A stretch of DNA of 64,000 nucleotides from Phallusia mammillata. Its lineage: Eukaryota. A program made the position numbers and the translations under genes. Positions 40,401 through 53,188 of the stretch are shown piece by piece. The notes beneath the pieces were generated by a model, which worked only from the letters and a program-made list of their open reading frames with translations, made no database searches and was not told the origin of the DNA. The DNA is taken from assembly GCA_965637545.1 (NCBI GenBank), contig OZ281496.1, forward strand, positions 25,978,001 through 26,042,000, read 5' to 3'. How positions within the stretch are numbered: position 1 is the stretch's first letter; each line of letters starts with the position of its first letter.

Positions 40401-43400
40401 TGAGAATGCTTTGGGAAACTTACTCATCCCATTCTGTCCAATCACTCCATACACAGTCGATGGGACAGCATTCTGTGTTACAACTTTGGCTTTCAACAGA
40501 CGATGAACATTCTCCGCCGCATATTGCTTCAGACACAATCTCTCTTAATCTGTCTTGTGTTCCACCACCACAGGCCAATGTACATTCAGACCAGGGGTTC
40601 CAGTCTCCGTATTGGCAATCCACAGGACAGCATTGGGTATTGCATTCCTTTGACTCTTCACTGTCGGAACCACCACAAGATGGAGGTATGTAACCTCTGG
40701 TTCTCATCTACAAAATAAAAAATGGTTATTGAAATATTTGGTAATTTGTTTATATTAGTCGGCCGATTTTTTTAAATATTCATTGCGTTCTTGACGTCTG
40801 TGGCCTTCTACCGTAAGTATTTTTAGTTTACTTCTAAATCAAAAATTGACATTTAAACTCAAATCGAAAATTCGATGGAAAGGCTTGCTGGCGTTATCGG
40901 TTATGCAACACCAAAAAAATCGGTTTAATGGGTTGATGCAAAATATATACAAGAGTCTGGCATTTAAACACGAGGTAGAAAAAAGTTCACCTGAGTTCCT
41001 CCACCGCATGTTTCGCTACATTCCCCGTATGCTGACCAGTCATCCCACACACAATTTATAGGGCAACATTCTATATTGCAAGGTCGACTTTCCACAGAAG
41101 ATTCACAGCTTCCTCCGCACTGAGCACTAGATATAAGCTCCTTGATCCTTTCCTGTGTACCCCCGCCACATACGTGAGAACAGATCGACCAGTCACTCCA
41201 CTCTCCGTACTTGCAATCAACTGGACAGCATGGTCCATCGCATGACCTGGTGTCCTTCTCAGATCCAGAGCAGTCAGATCCACCGCAAGAAGCTGCAGAT
41301 TTACTTCTTGTTCTTTCCTATCGGGCAAAGTTAAAGGTTGAAAATAGGGGTCCTTAATTAGTCTGTTTTTCTCTTTGAAAGATAAATTTATATTATTTTA
41401 TCGATAGTTTATATTTAAGTTTCCAATAAAAGGAATGGATATATAAAAAATTGTTTGCCTAATAAATTTACATCCCAAGCATATATAATTCGCTGCCGAT
41501 GCACGTCAAGACATTCATACAGAGCAAGCTTGTCAATTGCATGAAGAGTCACAAGAGTAGTCCCTGCAACCTTACAGCAGCCGATCAGCGTGCAATAAAG
41601 AGCCTCAAAGCTAACGAAGATATTACCATTCTACTGGCGGATAAAGGTAACAGTACTGTTATTCTAGACCGCAAGGAGTATGACGACAAGATTTATAAGC
41701 TTTTGCGCGATTCTGATACTTACAGGAAATTGCCACGTGACCCGACCCGAAAAACGGAGCCAGTTCTCAACAAGTTTGTCGCTATCTTGCATAAAGAACG
41801 AAAATGCATTTCGGATACAATGTTTCATCAGTTGCACAGCACCGATGGTTCTGCCCCACTGCTGTACGGACTGCCAATAGTCCATAAAACAGAACATATG
41901 TTAATCGATTTTGGGGTCTCGGTAGGGATAAAGCCACTCAACACCCTACGTCAGATGCTGTCGCACCCCAAAGACCCCATTGATACAAACGCGGCAAGGG
42001 ATGTGGTGTACGCGATCCCATGTGAACAGTGCAACGAGATTTACATTGGCGAAACGGGAAGGTCTTTCAATACGCGCCGTAAAGAACATGAAAGGGATGA
42101 AGCCAAGAAAGATGCCAAAAAGTCGGCATTAGCACAACATGCTACTGTCCTCAATCACACCATACACTTTTCTGCCGCCCAAGTGTTAGCGAGAGAAACC
42201 GACTTTCACAAGCGAGGTTTCCTGGAGTCGTGGAACATACATTCCCACACCAACACGATGACCGTTAAAACGGACGTTCTAATGCCGATAACTTATCGGT
42301 CGCTTTTGCACCATTGAGCTATATAGCTCACCTATAGGTGTTATCACTCGATCATTGGTGCGCACTGCGTTTTTGAGGGGCTCCTCTAAAATACGCAATC
42401 TACTTATAAAACGTATACAACTTTGAAAAATGTTGACGGTTAGGGCTTTTAGGGTCTGGGTGAGGGTTTATAATAAAATTAACACTATAATTTAGTTTTA
42501 GATGTCCGGTTCGGCTTAATATTCTCATATGTGTTGAGAGTGGTACTAAACACTGTATGGTACCGCATGTTAACACTTGCAGAGAAAATGAGACCTGAAA
42601 GGCATCTGAAATTAAATTATAAAGTTAATTGTATCACAAACCCTCACCCTGACCCTAATAGCACTAACCGTCAACATCTTAGTTAGTTTTTGTTAGTAGA
42701 TTGCGTATAGCTTGCGTAGATTGCGTAGATTGCGTATTTTAGAGTGGCCCTTTTTTACCACCGCCCCTTTTTTGTGTGTGTGTTTAGCCGCTCTTTTCGC
42801 TTTATAAATATTTGTGTTTGCAATTTATGTCATTACCCTGATGAAGGTGTTTTGTATGGGACATCGAAGCGTTGGCATATTAGAATAACAAAAACTGCCG
42901 GAAGAGCTGAAATTTTGTTGATACATTTTGCCTGGCAGCAACAGTATATTCATATATAATTTATCCTTATTCGACGCCGCAGAGTATACACTGTTTTTCC
43001 GAGTTGAGAAGTTTGGTTTGTGGTTACTTTAAATTCTTTGCTTAATTACAACATAACAAATACCAGAAACGATTTAATTACCAAAATTGTTCATAAAAAT
43101 ATTTTTTTAATTGACAAGCGTAAGAAGTAAAACACGCGATAAGTTTTTCTGTCATTGTTTCATCCTTTCGCTTTGTAAATGATGTATAAGGAAACATATA
43201 ATGCTGAAAAAAAATTTGTTTGTCTATCGTGACGTTGTTTTTACTTTTCTCTTTACTTTCTTCTTACATTTATTTGTAGTAAAAATTCCCAACTTTACAA
43301 AGTAGTTGTAGCATAGCATTTGTGAAACAAAAGGCTCCTATGGCACAATCGAAAAACATCTGACCTGAATTCCACTACCGCAAGTCACGGAGCAATCACC

Positions 43401-44367
43401 ATAATCACTCCAGCTTCCCCACGTGCAATCAACAGGGCAACATTGCGCATTGCAAGACTGCGAATCTGTTGCTGAGCCGCGGCAGGGTGAACCGCCGCAC
43501 GAGGGCGTGCGCTGTTGACTTCGGGATCTAGTTTGGGTTCCGCCGTTGCAAGTTGCCGAGCATGATCCAAAAGGACTCCAAGCTCTCCAGACGCAGCTTA
43601 CTGGACAGCATCCGATGTTACATCTACGTGATTCAGTCGAAGGGCCAACACAGTTGCTGCCTCCGTCCCTAGCATGTACTGCAATGCTACGAGATCGAAC
43701 TTGACTGCCGCCTCCGCAAGATCTGGAACATCGGCCGTATGGACCCCAAGCACCCCATCGACAGTTTGCTAAATATAGAATAAGGTAACTGGCATAAAGG
43801 TTCACCTATAAATGATACACCTATAAAGTAAACTACAATGAATTATATGCCAGGGCAGGATAACTGGCCATTTATAAATCGCAATACGCCAGGCTTAGTG
43901 TTCAAGCTGACCAACATTTTTTGTTTCTCTGGAATCAAAACAAAAGCAATCTAAGTATTTTTGATCCGTTTTAACGTAACAAACTTGAGTCCTATTCTAA
44001 ACGTTACCGAAATCTTTTCATTTATAGTGCTGTAAAACTGTTAAAAGTTAGACCAAACAAACAGTCTATATTCGTACTGTAATATATATTTTAATTTATC
44101 ACGAAACAACATAAAATGAAAAAAGTATTAAATAATCTTACTGGGTGCACGTCTTCTTCTGCGCCTCCGCCTGAAAAATACGTAAGTTCGTGAGAAAATA
44201 TGATAACCAATAGATCATGCAAAATTATGGGTTGAATAAAACAAAAAAAAACATGTCAAATAGCTAAACAAATTAGTTTACAAAGCTTATTCGTACCAGA
44301 ACCAGGCCCCACCGTCGGCCAGGAACAAAGTTAAAACGACCAATGTCGCTAGAAAATATACTTTCAT
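37419..44367 (-). CDS. Secreted protein, 8 TSR + EGF + 3 calcium-binding EGF (paralogue A, ~619 aa)
   Basis: Ten GT-AG exons with consistent phases: 44367-44297 ([23 protein letters not shown], signal peptide), 44170-44142, 43768-43365, 41317-40991, 40707-40424, 39951-39821, 39215-38979, 38608-38486, 37905-37786, 37552-37419 (...THCIVAP*). WxxW, CSxxCG and D(V/I)xEC motifs present. Confidence 0.88.
41499..42317 (+). CDS. Penelope-like ORF remnant: N-terminal region fused to GIY-YIG endonuclease, RT core missing
   Basis: [20 protein letters not shown]...LYGLPIVHK runs directly into ...[11 protein letters not shown]...[29 protein letters not shown]...SALAQH. No RT catalytic YxDD motif. Confidence 0.8.
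   Translation: MHVKTFIQSKLVNCMKSHKSSPCNLTAADQRAIKSLKANEDITILLADKGNSTVILDRKEYDDKIYKLLRDSDTYRKLPRDPTRKTEPVLNKFVAILHKERKCISDTMFHQLHSTDGSAPLLYGLPIVHKTEHMLIDFGVSVGIKPLNTLRQMLSHPKDPIDTNAARDVVYAIPCEQCNEIYIGETGRSFNTRRKEHERDEAKKDAKKSALAQHATVLNHTIHFSAAQVLARETDFHKRGFLESWNIHSHTNTMTVKTDVLMPITYRSLLHH
42378..42750. mobile_element. MITE with long imperfect TIRs nested in the Penelope-like element
   Basis: GGGCTCCTCTAAAATACGCAATCTAC / GTAGATTGCGTATTTTAGAGTGGCCC plus an inner inverted pair (atgttgacggttag...gggtgagggttt / aaaccctcaccc...ctaaccgtcaacat). No clear TSD. Confidence 0.8.
42826..42879 (+). ncRNA. Minimal type I hammerhead ribozyme motif, core degenerate
   Basis: CTGATGA (42838-42844), stem II GGTGTT/GACATC, then GAAGCGTT where GAAACGTY is canonical, with possible stem I pairing atgtca/tggcat. 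Located at the 3' end of the Penelope-like element. Confidence 0.7.
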
Positions 44368-44431
44368 GACGATTTCTAATCGAACTTCCTCGAAATTGTA
44401 AAACGTTTGTTTTCTTGGTGGCGAGCTTCGC

Positions 44432-44439
44432 TTTTTATA
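44432..44439 (-). promoter_or_regulatory. TATA box of paralogue A
   Basis: TATAAAAA on the minus strand ~65 nt upstream of the ATG with an adjacent CCAAT; conserved in paralogue B. Confidence 0.6.
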
Positions 44440-46364
44440 CTGCACCAATAGTGTTTTTTTTGCGTTTCCTTATTACGCATTGGAACTTGTCAAATTATTA
44501 TCATACCAAAATAGAAGTTTGTTGACAAACGTTGGCAAAAAATACTGTAAACTTGAAATAGTGGCAGAAAGTTGTTTGCTTTGACATTAAATTAATTTGA
44601 GAGCCAACACTTTCGCTTCCTTGTTTTATGCAACTGGCATAGTATTTGTGCCCCAAAAAATTAATTAGATTCGTGACCAAATGCATTTTCGGTTGGACTT
44701 ACACCAAAATGGATTAGATTCCTGCTTTGTTTTAAGTTACCATCAGTTTCTATAACGTAACTATTACCATAAAGCAGCGACTTAGATAGTGTCGTTAATG
44801 AGGTAACAAAGTTTATAAATGGCAATTTGCCACTTTTTTCCTGTTTTACAACATTTTATTACATGTACAACTGGAAAAAATATAGAATTTTAAAGATTGA
44901 CTGAAAACATGTCACCAGTAAATGTGAAACAAATCAAGCAGTCAAATTTTTTTTCTTTTGAGCATAGTTAATTGGTGTATGAATTTCCTTCTTCCCTATT
45001 AAAGTAATTTTATAACCTCGTCATTGTTAGGTGAACCTTGCGTGCCACAGCGCTAGTCAAGCTATAACTGGGTACAATAGCTATTAAAATTTTAACAAGC
45101 AAAGTTCTCCTAAAGTGAGTTTATGTGCATAAATTTGTTGGCAGGATTTATAAAACACAGATCGCAGATTTAAAATATTAACAATGCACGCAAGAACAAA
45201 AACGAAAGTCGAATGCAAATCATCGATTTGAACAAGAATTCTCTGACTTATTATATTTTCCGACACAGCGTCATATGAGTTTAAAGACAGTTGTAAAGAT
45301 AAACAAGTTTCCTACACAACAAAAATTCTGTGCAAAGCTTCAGATGCAACACACAAAGAACTGGATGGAGCACAAGTTTCAGAATAGAAATTGACTCAGC
45401 TTAAAGATTAAAATCAAGTTCAAGAATGTCCAAAGCTTTCAGACACCAGTCAATGAGTCATGTTACAACAAACAGACGCACGCCAACATTTACAGTGTCA
45501 ACAAGCTGTTAATTAATCTGTTTGCTTTCGTAAGACAACTTATACCATAAGCTCAATGTGCTGTCTTTTTTTGCAATCTTAAAGTTAAAAACAAAATTAA
45601 AAGCAGAACAAAAACAGTACCATTTAAAAATCCATGCAATTGACTCGTGTTCTTTATCATTTACAGTTTATTTGTAAACTTAATGTAGAGACGAATTTGA
45701 TAATATTGTAAATAGTAAAAGCATATGAGCCAATAAATGATAAGCTGCATGCAGATTGTAAATAGTCTTCTGTAAATGAAATAGTGGAAGAAAATTCCGA
45801 ACATAAAAGCTCTCATCGAAGTACAACCATTTTCTCAACTATTAAACAGGATATCAATCAAAACGTTAGCTGTCAAAAAGTCATTGCAAGTATGACGCCA
45901 AAGTTAAATGCAAGTATGACGCCAAAGTTAAATCATTTAGGTGCGATGTGAACTACACTTGCATCACCCTAACTCTTTACCGGTTTAGGTTACGCCTACG
46001 CTATATTTCACCAATTTAACATACTCAATTAAAATTACCCTAGACATTGTCGAAAACATAAAATACTGCATTGTGAGTAAAATTCATTCTGTTGTCTATT
46101 GTGTACGCTTGGAAAAAAATTAGTCATAAACTTTGCATGTGTACTTTATTCAGTGCTATATGATGTGAATAATTTTTTTCGTTGTGAACAAATTAGAATG
46201 ATCATGATGTTTTATAGAAATAATCAGAAAATTTTTGGAAACTGTGACTACTTGGAAAACTGATTTATCGTTAGGTCAACAATTATAGATTAGGGTACCT
46301 ATAGTACTTATACTTATATCTATTGCCACAAATACAAACACAATGACTGGATGACAGCTATATG

Positions 46365-46745
46365 CAGGGTTGCCATCGACTTAAAACCAAAAATAAGGAC
46401 AACCAAAAAATTAACTTTTTATACGAAACGAAACAAACGTTTTTGAACAAATCTTTGCATTTATACGAGCCATGACATATCGTATGCAATATTTTGGCCA
46501 GAAACAATTTCGTTCCAGCAACTCCTTGTTTATATAAAATACTTCGTGCATCTCACGACAGCTCAGGTCTAGGTTTACTTTTACTTATAGCAGGGATTTG
46601 ACTTGTAATTGTTGAAAATAAGACAAAAGAAGGCGTAAGTCAAAAATAAGGACATTTCTTAGAAATAAGGACAACATACTTTTTTACGACAAAAACCGTC
46701 AAAATAAGAACAAATCTTAGAAATAAGGACGGTATGGCAACCCTG
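46365..46745. mobile_element. hAT-type MITE in the probable 3' UTR of paralogue B
   Basis: TIR CAGGGTTGCCAT / ATGGCAACCCTG, 8-bp TSD GCTATATG. Lies between the stop codon (46862) and a conserved AATAAA (46145-46150, minus strand). Confidence 0.9.
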
Positions 46746-46861
46746 GCTATATGATATATAAATGATATGATTTTTTAAGGTTTTTGTGGTGTGAAATGTT
46801 ATGCAATATGTGTAATGGTAAAACAATTTTTTGTAATTTCAGGGTCGGTATCGGATCAGGT

Positions 46862-49800
46862 TTATGGTGCAACGATGCAATGCGTTCCGTTGCCAGAATA
46901 TCCTGCGTTGCAGGTGCAAGTAAACCCACCATCTGTGTTTTCGCACAACGAGTTTGAATGACAGTTGTGAACTCCCCGGGCACACTCGTCAATGTCTGCA
47001 ACACACATTAAGTTGTGCCACCTCCACAACAATTACATAAGTTTTGTCGTAAACTTTATATCACGCGCCTTTGTTGTCATACTCTTGATATATTAATTGA
47101 CTTATGACCTTAACTTTTATCTCCTTCTGTTTCGTTTATAAGAAACGTTTTTTGCGGATTAGGTAGAGTGATAAAATAACTTTGCATTTAAGGCATAACA
47201 ATCTGTCGTTTAAAGCTCAAAAAAATACCTTGACAGTTTGCATTAGAACCTTCAAACCCGTCTTCACAGACGCAAGAATATTCGCCGATGTGATCAACAC
47301 ACTTGGTGTTTTCTGGACAGTTGTGATTTTCATCACATTCATTTACATCTGAAAACAAGTTTAATTGACATAACTGCGTGCAACCTTTGAGATAAGTCAT
47401 ATCTTGGAAGAGTACACAGATTCATCGCAACATAAGTCATTTTTCTGATTTTTTAACGTGCGGTTAGCAACAGGCTAGACCTTACGCAGTTACAATCAAG
47501 TCAAACCATACAAAGCATGTGTTTCGAGACCTTTTCGGGTATAGGACTATTAACTAAAATATTTTACGAAAAACCCTAAAAAGAAAACCCTAACATAATG
47601 TCACATAGCGGGGACAGGAAAAGATTTTTGCAGTCACAACAAAAATGCTTCACTTCGAGAACAACTAACTATAATAAACCCAGGAAAGACAAGGCTAATA
47701 CAATGCTATACGATGTAAATTCTAAATATCCATGTCTTACTGATGAGTGACACTAAAATCAAGGTATTCATTACGCGCAAGACTCTACACCAAGTGTGCC
47801 AACACACGATGCCATTTGTATTTTCCAAGGGTTCCCCAAGGCGATTTTACAAATTTTAGTATATCGTTCATTTAAAGAAGTCTCAAAGCCTTGCAGAACC
47901 CACTTACCTGTGCAATCAAAACCGTCACCAGTGTATCCCGAAATACAGATGCAACTGTAACTTCCTACAGTGTTTTCACAATATGCAAGTCTGTTACATT
48001 CCGCCGTTCTCTCAAGGCATTCATCCACATCTAAATAGCAACTTCGTTAATCATCTTGCATTGAAAATACAAGTATGACGTATTATGAACCTTAAAAGTT
48101 TTGTTGCCCATAAACCATTACAACAAAACAACCTACAACAGAATTCGTTATTAGATGCAGACCGACGTGGCTACCCCTAAAATTGTTAAATTGTGCTTTT
48201 AGGGAAGTTTTACATGAAGGGTGTGTTTTAAATCAACAACTCCAGTACTTTGGTTATCTCAGACAGAATTCTGAGAATTGTAAGTCGGGTTTAGGTTTCT
48301 TTCAAAAATAAGACTTCACACTATGTGTCAGTATTTTTTTTCAAAAAAATATACTAGCTGAGTAGCTGGTTGTTGGACTTTTTTTGATTATTGTCTACTG
48401 TGTTTGTTGTCTTTGTCTTTCCTGAGACACCTTAGCATAGACATGTCAATGAAACTTTCGGACCTAAACGGGTTTCTCAAAATCGATTCGTGTTTGGGCC
48501 GGGTTTGGGCTTGTACTGTCAGGTTCAGTCCGGGTTCGCCACCTATTTTAGGCCCGTTTCCAACTCTGATCTCAGGACATTTACATTATAAATTAAAATG
48601 TTCACAATTGATAAAGATGTCTAAAAGATTTTTCACTTTTTGTAATTATTACCTTCTTCACAGCACTCTCCAGTCCATCCTTCTGGACATTGGCAAGTCA
48701 TATCGTCATATAAACCGCCGTTGAGACAAACAGTATTGCATCCACGATTTTCTGACAGTTCGACAGGACATTCCTGTCCTCCGCATTCATCTGCTGATAT
48801 TATACTTCTCATACGAGTCGAGGTCTCAGCTTCATTGCAGCCAAGTTCGCATGCACTCCATTCTCCCCAATCAGAAACAACGCAATCGACTGAAACAATT
48901 TATTTATCACTGTTAGTATATCACTGTTGGTGACATCAGTGTTATGGCTATTTTTTGGTATTTAAATGAAACACTTGCGGTCTCTTAAAACTACTTAGCG
49001 GTCACCCAAACCAAACCTTAAAAAAACCCTGGGTGACATTATGTTAAATCATTGTGTTTTTTTCTTAAAGATCTATTTAGTAGTGTTTTAGAACTACGGC
49101 ATCGTATTATTATGTCGTTAGGTATTTTTATATTTGTCGTATATTTTAAAAATTATATCGTGTTATAGAGCTTGATGACGAAAGGGGGTACACAAGCACT
49201 TTTGATTATAAGAGCAACACCAGAACTTTTGTCCATGTGTGAACATATATCCCGTTTCCATAACCGTTGGTACGATCGGACGTTCAAAAGTCCGATCGGA
49301 CCTCCTCGCGAGGAGGTCCGCGAAACCGCTGAAAAAAATGCTGAGTCATTCCTTATTGCGGACTGAAATAGCGGAAAAGTCCGATCGGACCAACGGCCAT
49401 GGAAACGGGATAATAGTGTCTAGATTTCACAAGCCGACATTTAAAACGTCTTAACATCAACTAAACGTTTTTATATAAACCTACAGCCACGTTTCCTGCA
49501 TAATATTCTGTGCCATTCGAGTTGACTTAAGGTGTTTTTGAGTGTTAGAATTTAGTATACTAGCATTACGACTCTTTTTCAACACATATGATTGTTATTA
49601 AAACCCCTAAAACGGTGAAAACGCAACATAAAATTCTCTCATTCAGAAAGCTTTGGTAGAACCACAACTTTAAAAACTCTTATACTTGGAAGTTCAAAAG
49701 AGACCTTGGCTATACTATACACGGTTCTAAGGGGCAACACTAAAACGCTGAATATCGCGGGAGACGACAAGACTTGAATATCGGGTAAATTGCTGACGGT

Positions 49801-52800
49801 TAGTGTTATTTTGTTTCGACAGTTACTGTTTTCATCGTCAAGTAAAATAAAAGCAACAAAAGGAAAGTCCCTGTTTAAGACGTTTACCTGGGCAGCATCC
49901 ATCGTTACATGTTTGAGTTTGTTCGTCAGGACCTGTGCAATCCGTACCACCACAATCACTTGCTGAAACGACAAATCTGGTCCTGCTCTGCGTACCATCT
50001 CCACATGTCGCACTGCAACTGTATGACACATTAAGATAAAATTAGGGAAAAACGAAAACTTGCTTAATCCTGTCAAACCATTTTTTTGTTCTTAGGAAGT
50101 CAGAATTATTAAAAATCAACAAACATTAAGTTAAAAGTTCTTAAATTTCGGCCTAATGCAAATCATTTTCGGTCGCCAGAGGGTCAAACTTAGCGATTTG
50201 ACAATTGTATCATTATCTGATGTAGCACATATACATTGGTAATGTTACACCTCCGTATGGTAAATTCGTTATCGTATTAAATAGTTTATTTTTGAGCACT
50301 ATTTTTAATCAGGTCGGGCTTTATGATTATAATGTGGTTGGGAAGTAATGGACTTGAGCACTGATTTCACTTTCGACCGCGTTGGTGTCGTTATTTTTTT
50401 ATGTATTGGCAAATTTCTCTTACAGGCTTCATTGGAAAAAAATTCGGGCCCGCTTGCAGCTATGTATCAAATAAGAATGCTTTGGGAAACTTACTCATCC
50501 CATTCTGTCCAATCACTCCATACACAGTCGACAGGGCAGCATTCTGGGTTACAACTTTGGCTTTCAACAGACGATGAACATTCTCCGCCGCATATTGCTT
50601 CAGACACAATCTCTCTGAATCTGTCTTGTGTTCCACCACCACAGGCCAATGTGCATTCAGACCATGGGTTCCAGTCTCCGTATTGGCAATCCACAGGACA
50701 GCATTGGGTATTGCATTCCTTTGACTCTTCACTTAAACCAGAACAGTCAGAACCACCACAAGATGCAGGTGTGTTACCTCTAGTTCTGACCTTTAAAGCA
50801 GAAAAATGGTTGTTGATAGAAGTAAGATACGATCCTATGACACGAATCAAAATTAAACAAACATTATAAAAAGTAACCACAAAAAAACAAAATGCGCCCA
50901 CCCCACCCTACCGATTTCAATGGGTTAAAATGCAATCGAAAAACTGACATTTAAACTAGAATAAAATCGACGAAAAGGCAATTCCTTGCATGCTATTCCG
51001 GTCAACGAAAAAAAGGTTTTGTCGACAGCTGCAAAAAATTCTATGGTTTTATACATGTATATGTTGTTAATGAAAACTTGAATGAGTTTTATACATGTAT
51101 TTGTTCGTCTTTGGCCTTATTTACGTATTAGTCTGGATTGAAAGTCTGGAATTTAAACTCTCACCTGTGTTCCTCCACCGCATGTTTCGCTGCATTCCCC
51201 GTATGCTGACCAGTCATCCCACAAGCAATTCACAGGGCAACACCCTATATTGCAAGGTCGACTTTCCACCGAAGATTCACAGTTTCCTCCGCACTCTGCA
51301 CTAAATATGAGCTCCCTGACCCTTTCCTGTGTGCCCCCGCCACATACGTGAGAACAGATGGACCAATCATTCCAATCTCTGTACTGGCAATCAACTGGAC
51401 AACATGGCCCATCGCAAGACCTGGTGTCCTTTTCTGATCCAGAGCATTCAGATCCACCGCAAGAAGCTGCAGATTTACTTCTTGTTCTTTCCTATGGGGC
51501 AAAGTTAAATGTTTAAAGTAGGGGGTCCGTAATAAGTCTGTTTTCTTTTGTTACCTCCCTTTGAAAGAGAAATTTACACTATTTTAACCATAGTTTATAT
51601 TAAAGTTTCCAACAAAGGGAATGGATATCTGAAAAATTGTTTGCTTACTAAATTTACATTATAAGCATATATATATATATATATGAATTACCCTTAGTGG
51701 ACGCTGCAGAGCATAAACTTTTTTTTTCAAATTGAGAAGTTTGGTGTGTAGCTCGTTCAAATTTTTTTCTTAATGTAGCATAACAAACGCCAAAATACGT
51801 TTTAATTACCTAAATTATTCAGAAAAGATTTTTTTTAGTTTACAAGCGTAAGAAGTAAAAACACACGAAACCTTTTTCTGTCATTGTTTTATCTTTTCAA
51901 ATGGTAAAAGATGTATAAAAAACATATAATGCCGACAATAAAAAAAATGCCTATGTTTGTCCATTGTGACGTTGTTTTTTACATTTCTCTTTACTTTCTG
52001 CATACATTTATTTGTAGTTAAAACTAAAAAAATTCCCAACTTTACGAAGTAGTTGTAGCATAGCAATTGTGAAACAAAAAGCTCCTATAGCTCAATCGAA
52101 AAACATCAAGCACATCTGACCTGCATTCCACTACCGCAAGTCACGGAGCAATCACCGAAATCACCCCAGTTTCCCCACGTGCAATCAACAGGGCAACATT
52201 GCGCATTGCAAGACTGCGAATCCGTTGCTGGGCCGCGGCAGGGTGAACCGCCGCAAGAGGGCGTGCGCTGTTGACTTCGGGATCTAGTTTGGGTTCCGCC
52301 GTTGCAAGGTGCCGAGCATGATCCGAAAGGACTCCAAGCTCCCCAGACGCAGCTTACTGGACAGCATCCTATGTTACAGCTGCGTGATTGAGTCGAAGGG
52401 CCAACACAGCCACTGCCTCCGTTTGCTGCATGTTGTGCAATGCTACGGGATCGAACTTGACTGCCGCCCCCGCAAGACCTGGAACATGGGCCGTACGGAC
52501 CCCAAGCACCCCATCGACAGTGTGCTAAATATAGAATAAGGTAACTGGCATAAAGGTTCACCTATAAATAATACACCTATAAAATAAACTACAATGAATT
52601 ATATGCCAGGGCAGGATAACTGGCCATTTATAAATCGCAATACGCCAGGCTTAGTGTTCAAGCTGACCAACATTTTTTGTTTCTCTGGAATCAAAACAAA
52701 AGCAATCTAAGTATTTTTGATCCGTTTTAACGTAACAAACTTGAGTCCTATTCTAATCGTTACCGAAATCTTTTCATTTATAGTGCTGTAAAACTGTTAA

Positions 52801-53124
52801 AAGTTAGAAAAAGGAAACAGTCTATATTCGTACTGTAATATATTTTTTAATGTATCACGAAACAATATAAAATGAAAAAAGTATTAAATAATCTTACTGG
52901 GTGCACGTCTTCTTCTGCGCCTCCGCCTGAAAAATACGTAGTTCGTGAGAAAATATGATAACAAATAGATCATGCAAAATTATGGGTTGAATAAAACACA
53001 AAAAAAACATTTTCAAAGAGCTAAACAAATTAGTTTACAAAACTTATTCGTACCAGAACCAGGCCCCACCGTCGGCCAGGAACAAAATTAAAACGAGCAA
53101 CGTCGCTAGAAAATATACTTTCAT
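46862..53124 (-). CDS. Secreted protein, 8 TSR + EGF + 3 calcium-binding EGF (paralogue B, 623 aa)
   Basis: Exons 53124-53054, 52926-52898, 52524-52121, 51491-51165, 50790-50495, 50018-49888, 48889-48653, 48030-47908, 47348-47229, 46995-46862. Total 1872 nt, all GT-AG, open frame: [38 protein letters not shown]...THCIVAP*. Confidence 0.9.
49248..49412. mobile_element. Small TIR element (MITE)
   Basis: TATCCCGTTTCCATaaCCGTTGGTaCGATCGGAC is inverted against GTCCGATCGgACCAACGGccATGGAAACGGGATA. Absent from the matching intron of A. Confidence 0.8.
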
Positions 53125-53188
53125 GACGATTTCTAATTGAACTCCGTCAAAATTGTAAAACGTTTGTTTTCTTGGTGGCGAGCTTCGC

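Larger units (their letters stand above)
41491..42950 (+). mobile_element. Penelope-like retroelement, 5'-truncated and internally deleted, in intron 3 of paralogue A
   Basis: ORF has the PLE N-terminal ADKG and LYGLPxVHK motifs and a GIY-YIG domain. Flanked by direct repeat CATATATAATT (41480-41490 and 42951-42961). The empty site in paralogue B is a (TA)n tract at ~51667-51684. Confidence 0.88.

Noticed and set aside
40277-40693. Plus-strand ORFs of 138 aa here and 173 aa at 50348-50869, conserved between duplicates
   Set aside because: They are antisense shadows of TSR exon 5 plus duplicated intron.
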